Of a stretch of 27,069 nucleotides of DNA, positions 22,301 through 27,069 are shown piece after piece (positions within the stretch are counted from its first letter, which is position 1; each line of letters opens with the position of its first letter). The position numbers and the translations under genes are program-made. Source of the DNA: Catajapyx aquilonaris (taxonomy: Eukaryota); contig KZ538267.1 of NCBI GenBank assembly GCA_000934665.2, positions 62,001 to 89,069 on the forward strand, read 5' to 3'. The notes below the pieces were generated by a model. That model worked only from the letters and a program-made list of their open reading frames with translations. It was not told where the DNA came from and made no database searches.

Positions 22301-25300
22301 AGTGTCCCCCTTTAAAAAAATCACAGATCCTTACATAATTGCTGTAGTCTTACAAATTATTACTGTCATAAATCTGGCTTCCGGGTCAATTACAAGTCTG
22401 ATTTTTGGAAACCGGAAATTGGCTCTGTGTCTATCCAATTTTTGCATCGTGCATTTCAGAGTAGATCACACAGATTGCCTATTTTCGGGATAGAGTCAGT
22501 GATGAGGCTCCAGGCAGAGCTCTACCTCGTTAGGAAATGAACCATCCCCCCCTATGCCCCCCTGTTGATATAATAGCAGTCCGTGACTATGCAACCGCCC
22601 AGAGGGCCTGTAAACGCTGAAACGAGGCTGCTTGCCTCGGTTTGCCCCTACAACACCAAAGGGCATTTGGGATCTGGCGACATTTGATGGCCACTTGGAA
22701 GCCACCACCAGCTTCCGTCTTTTCGAGGGAGGGACTCTGCTGGTGTTAATTTACTAGGAAGCAAGCAAGCCTTTTTTTGATTCTGTGCGAGGGGGGAGAA
22801 AAACGTCCCAGTGGACGGCTACAAAAATGGAAGCGCCTTATCTACACTCGAATTACACCATCCAACCTTAAAAAAAATAAAGGACATGAAGATAACAAGT
22901 ATACGCATGAAAAGAGATACAAATTTAATTACTTGAAGAGAACTGCAAGTTACATGCTTCAGCAGCGTTTATGTGCATTGCAGGAGATGTTCATAATTAC
23001 ACTGTGGAGACTTTCCCCCCCACCCTTTAAATTTTCCCTCAAAATTTGTGTCAGCGTCAGTACTAGTCTCCCGAAAAGTTTTTGGAAGGTAGCAGGCAGT
23101 TGGGGAGGTGGAAAAACACCCAAGGCTTTTTGATATTGTGGACTCCAGGCACGTTTCCACGGCTGGAAAAAGCTTCGGAATACCGGAAGCGGTGGATTCC
23201 CCAAACACCTGGAGGGGGGGCCCCAAAATGGTGGGTCGCCAACACACCAAATTGTCTGTCCGAAAAAAAAGAGGAGGGGGGTCCATGTTGAGAGGCATCC
23301 CTAAGGACCAAAGGGAGGATCTTGCNCCCCCCCCCCACCGAAAAAATGGACGCACTTCCAAAAACTCTAGGATAAAAAAAGGAAATGACGTCAAACGAGG
23401 CGCAGGAGGAGAATTTAGCGTCTCGAGTGATCAGGTCTGCACTAGAGAGTAATGAATAAAAATAAAGTGCGAATAAATCGTTACAACCTGAACTTTGTAC
23501 ACTTCACTAACTTGTTGAAGTGACTGTACCATTAAGCAGAAAATATTAAGTTGGATGAAAATGTAGTTCTATAGAGCCCGGAATGACTAACACTAACTTT
23601 TCTTGTACCCTAGAGGAATGGGACGGTAATTAATTTAAGTGTACTAGCCAAATTGTTTTGCCAAAATTATTTACGGTTGTGTTATCTCCTCCCTGGAGAA
23701 TTGAACTGGCTGTTTTGCGTCAATGAGGCGGATTTTGTGGCCCAGTGATTTATTTACCGTGAACAGTACACGAGAACGACGCCCATAAAAAACTCAATTG
23801 TCATACACTCTGGCGCCAGACAAAATAGTTACCATTGTTTAAAATAAGCCCACGTTTTTTTTTTTCTGAAACCGGTATGAATATGAGCTAGAATTTCTCC
23901 GAGAGAGCAGTTGTTCACATTAGTCTCTCTCCCTATACCCATCTCCCCTTGAGCTCTCGCGGAAATCAAGAAAAATGAGCTTCCCCATTAATCCTTACTG
24001 AGTCAGGTAGGAAATGATTTAGGTCGACGCGAGAGGGGGGAAGACTTTAATGCCTACAGTAAATTCTAACAAGAGCGGAATAAACGCTGATGAGGAGGAC
24101 AGATAAATTAGTTAACGAGCCGAATATATTAGCAAAGGACCACCCGGCCCATTATCCCAAAGCTGCGGGGCCGATTATGGGAGAGGGTGAAATTTTGGGG
24201 TGTGGCTATCAATAGTATATCCACCACCCTTCTGTAGTTTGCTTGCTATTGGCGCCTAGGGAGAGCTCTGTTCCTTATTGATGGGGACAGGAGAGGTTAT
24301 CAGAGGCTATTATACGCCAACGCCGGCAGCTGTCATTGGAGTTTAGCGCCGTAAGTCAGCGTTTTCCTGAGAGGCCTCAATTGTGGTTGTGCATCCAAGG
24401 CACCCCTGGAGAAAAAGGTGCCTTGGACACATATTTTTTTTTGGAGGGGGAGAAAAAGAGGCCTTCCCCATACTTTATAGCATTAGTGTCGGGTCAAGTG
24501 TGTGTTCTTTGGTTTATCGGGCTTCGTTAGCTGGAGAAAGTTTGGAACCAAACTTGGAGGTCATGCAACTTTCCAAGGGGTAAGAAATTGCAAGATAATT
24601 CATCCGGCACAAAGTGGTTCTCCGAGGATCCCATGAGATATCGAACAAAGTCATTGACTTTACCTGTAGCTGCCTGGAGGACATCACCATCACCAAGGCC
24701 TGGAGAAAGAAAATCAGTCATGAAACAGTACACGCAAGGACCAATAATTGTATAAAAGCGTAAATAAACAAGATTGGCAAATCACTCGAGCGGGATTAGA
24801 GTAGACATTTTCTAAAGCCTAAAAAATAAGAGAATTAATTGAGGACATTGCTTGGTGATACAAACCACAATATGATCATGTTCCCTGCGCAGTGTTGTCA
24901 GAGGGGGGATGTTGGCAAAATGAGTCTCGGAGATAATTTGCGCCCCCCCGCAGCAGCAGTCTGTGTCTCCACGGAGGCTTCTCCATCATGTCGTTATATT
25001 CGACACCCAAATTAGCTTTGGGGAAACTAATGACAACATGCATCTCCCATTCCACATGTAACCAGTCAAAGTACGTACGATTGATAGACCCCGAGTACGC
25101 GGGATTAGAGTCGGACACTATACAATACCTTTTTTTTTTGGCCCTCTCCATTTACGCAACCTGACCAACGCTTTTCATCAACGCTTGTCATTGTGCATAT
25201 TGACATGTCGAAAGGTGCGGGAGAAAATCATGCGGGCTAAAAATTCAATATATGAAACGTTCAATTTATAGCCGCCACATACGTGTACTACAGAGACACC

Positions 25301-26559
25301 TAAATAAACACTATCGGCCAAAGATTTCCTGGGAGAAAAGGGGCAGCACGTGTACCATATTGAACATAAAAATTCGACAACATTTTGGAGGCTCGACTTC
25401 ACACAGTTATAAGAGTTGGGTGGTGTAGAGTTGGGGGAAGGATACTGCTCGATTATGCAATCTCTTTGCCAACTGATTTGAAATTCGGGCGCCACGGCCC
25501 AGCAGTGGGCCAAGCTTATTTTCCATAAGTTGGGGGAAGCCCAACGATGACAATTTCCTACCCCCCCCCCCCCAAAAAAAAAACTCAGAAAAAATGGAAT
25601 CAAGGGAGTCTCACGCCGAATTCGTCAAACTTAATGATGCGAGCTTTTTATTATTATTTTCCGGGGGGCGAAACTGGAAGTAGGGGGGGGGGTTGGAATT
25701 CGCCCCGGGGCAATTTAAAGTTAGCCCCCTGCGGGAAAAGTGAGGATGGGGGGGGAGGTAAAATTCCGCCTCACAGAATGAGTTTTGCTAGAGCCCCTTG
25801 TGAAAGGAGGTGGAGAAGAGGGGGGGAACCTCCACCTTGTTATCGCCCCCCTCTTCTTTCCCACCCCCCCAAAAAAATACCTCCAAGAGAAGCCCCCTCC
25901 TGGAGTGATAAACTCCTCATTTTCTCTTTCACTGTTTTAATTTCACTTTTAAAGCAACTTTCATATTCCAACACCTCCGCCGGTTCTTCTCTCTTTTCTC
26001 TTAAAAGTCGGTTTTCCCTTTTCTTCCCCCCATCTTAATATTCCTTTCGGAATTTGGGGAAACGATAACCCCCGGTGTGGTTGGGGGATGTGGGGGAAGG
26101 AGGAGGGGGAGGGATGAAAATGAGGCTTCATTAGACCCAAAGAGACACTTTCTATTTGGAAGGAGTGAGCAGAGTTGAAAATAAACACGATTGATATACT
26201 TCTGAGGGAGTAGTGTAACTAATGCGACTTTGATGCAATTTTGGTATGAAAAAAAAAGGAAGCCACAAAACTTTTTTTAGGGAAAATTGCGGATGAATTA
26301 TTGAGTAACAGTACATTTGCATAGGACAAAGTTTATTACTTCGTTTCTAATCCACATAATTTTTTCTTCCCCCCCCCTCCCCCCCCCCCGAAAAAAATCC
26401 GATCAAAGGAACAGTAATAAGCTCATTAAAAAGTCCAGAAGGATGAAATAATGTGCTTAAAATATTTTTTATGCGCTCAATTCTACAGTTCTAAAAATAG
26501 GTCTTAGAGTACCATTTTTTGGGTGCATTTCTTTTTTTTTCTAAAGTTATGTCGTCGAG

Positions 26560-26610
26560 TAAATATGGCCCCGTATAAAACTGGCCCCTGTGATTAATGA
26601 TTATAACGAC
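26560..26610. promoter_or_regulatory. Candidate Hox-response motif cluster
   Basis: TAAATATGGCC, CGTATAAAA, TGATTAATGA (26591) and TTATAACGA within about 50 bp. Motif match only. Confidence 0.27.
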
Positions 26611-26974
26611 CAAAAGCCCGCCAAGGCGTCAGCACTACGTGGAGGAAAATTGATGGCCAAATAAAATTATTTCGGGAAACATGTATTCGCTATTATTTCA
26701 TCCATTCCGGATGTAAGTTTTCTTGGATAGCGGAGACCCATAACTTATAACAAAAACGATAAAAATATCGCTTTATTGGAATGTTGCCATCAGATTACTT
26801 TCCAGAAGCATATACTGAAAGTTGTGGAGAAAAAAAAATTACATATGTCACAGATAACATATTCCATTTTCTGTATATTATTATGGCGACTGGTACAATA
26901 AATTTCTGATTGTTGCCAGAATTTCCGGCAATACAGGACTAATAATGTGTCTAGACTCTTTTCCGTTCCACATA

Positions 26975-27069
26975 CGAGGGTCGTCCAATAAGTTCTGAGC
27001 CTAAGGTAGATGGCGTCGGCTGATAATGATGTCCTTCCACCTGAAGGTAGTGACACTCATTAGAGCAAC
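26975..27069 (+). mobile_element. Left end of a mariner-like element (irritans/Himar1-like), truncated by the window edge
   Basis: TA|CGAGGGTCGTCCAATAAGTTCTGAGCCT is followed by TAGATGGCGTCG (27007-27018). This resembles the CGAGGG...AATAAGT TIRs of irritans-type mariners and the Himar1 left end as I recall it (...GATAAGTCCCCGGTCTGACACATAGATGGCGTCG). The partner TIR and transposase are not visible. Confidence 0.65.

Noticed and set aside
22370..22495. Fragment sharing ACCGGAAATTG with the HINE core (opposite strand)
   Set aside because: Similarity beyond 11 bp is weak and no subTIR or 3' hairpin was found.
24598..24763. Peptide ...ISNKVIDFTCSCLEDITITKAW... vaguely like a LINE ORF2 linker
   Set aside because: The similarity is impressionistic, stops lie immediately upstream, and no endonuclease or RT motifs are nearby; it needs a TBLASTN/HMM hit.
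6169..26335. Partial matches to conserved miRNAs: miR-9 (about 6169), miR-133 (about 14434), let-7 (about 18437), miR-153 (about 26317)
   Set aside because: Only the 5' 8-11 nt match, the 3' parts diverge, and no complementary star arm is present. Hox-cluster miRNAs (miR-10, iab-4, miR-993) were not found by eye.

Overview
This looks like non-coding DNA from an animal genome, probably an invertebrate (inferred from the transposon families, the abundant CpG and the long homopolymer runs). It is intergenic or deep intronic. I find no supportable protein-coding gene, tRNA, rRNA, known microRNA or CRISPR array; the long ORFs are by-products of tandem repeats, inverted repeats and low-complexity sequence. 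The supportable features are mostly small non-autonomous transposons. These are a structurally complete DINE-1/HINE-type (Helentron-associated) element (1041-1417), a pogo/Tigger-like MITE whose interior is a 15-bp minisatellite built from its own terminal motif (8887-9163), a Tc1/mariner MITE with about 92-bp TIRs (10933-11221), three fold-back palindromes (about 2.5, 15.1 and 16.7 kb) and the left end of a Himar1/irritans-like mariner at the window edge. There is also an 18-bp minisatellite (18990-19301). The unique DNA between these carries many homeodomain, Exd/Pbx-Hox, YY1/Pho, E-box and CTCF-like motifs, which suggests but does not prove a cis-regulatory landscape near a developmental gene. 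I do not see evidence for a novel coding system.
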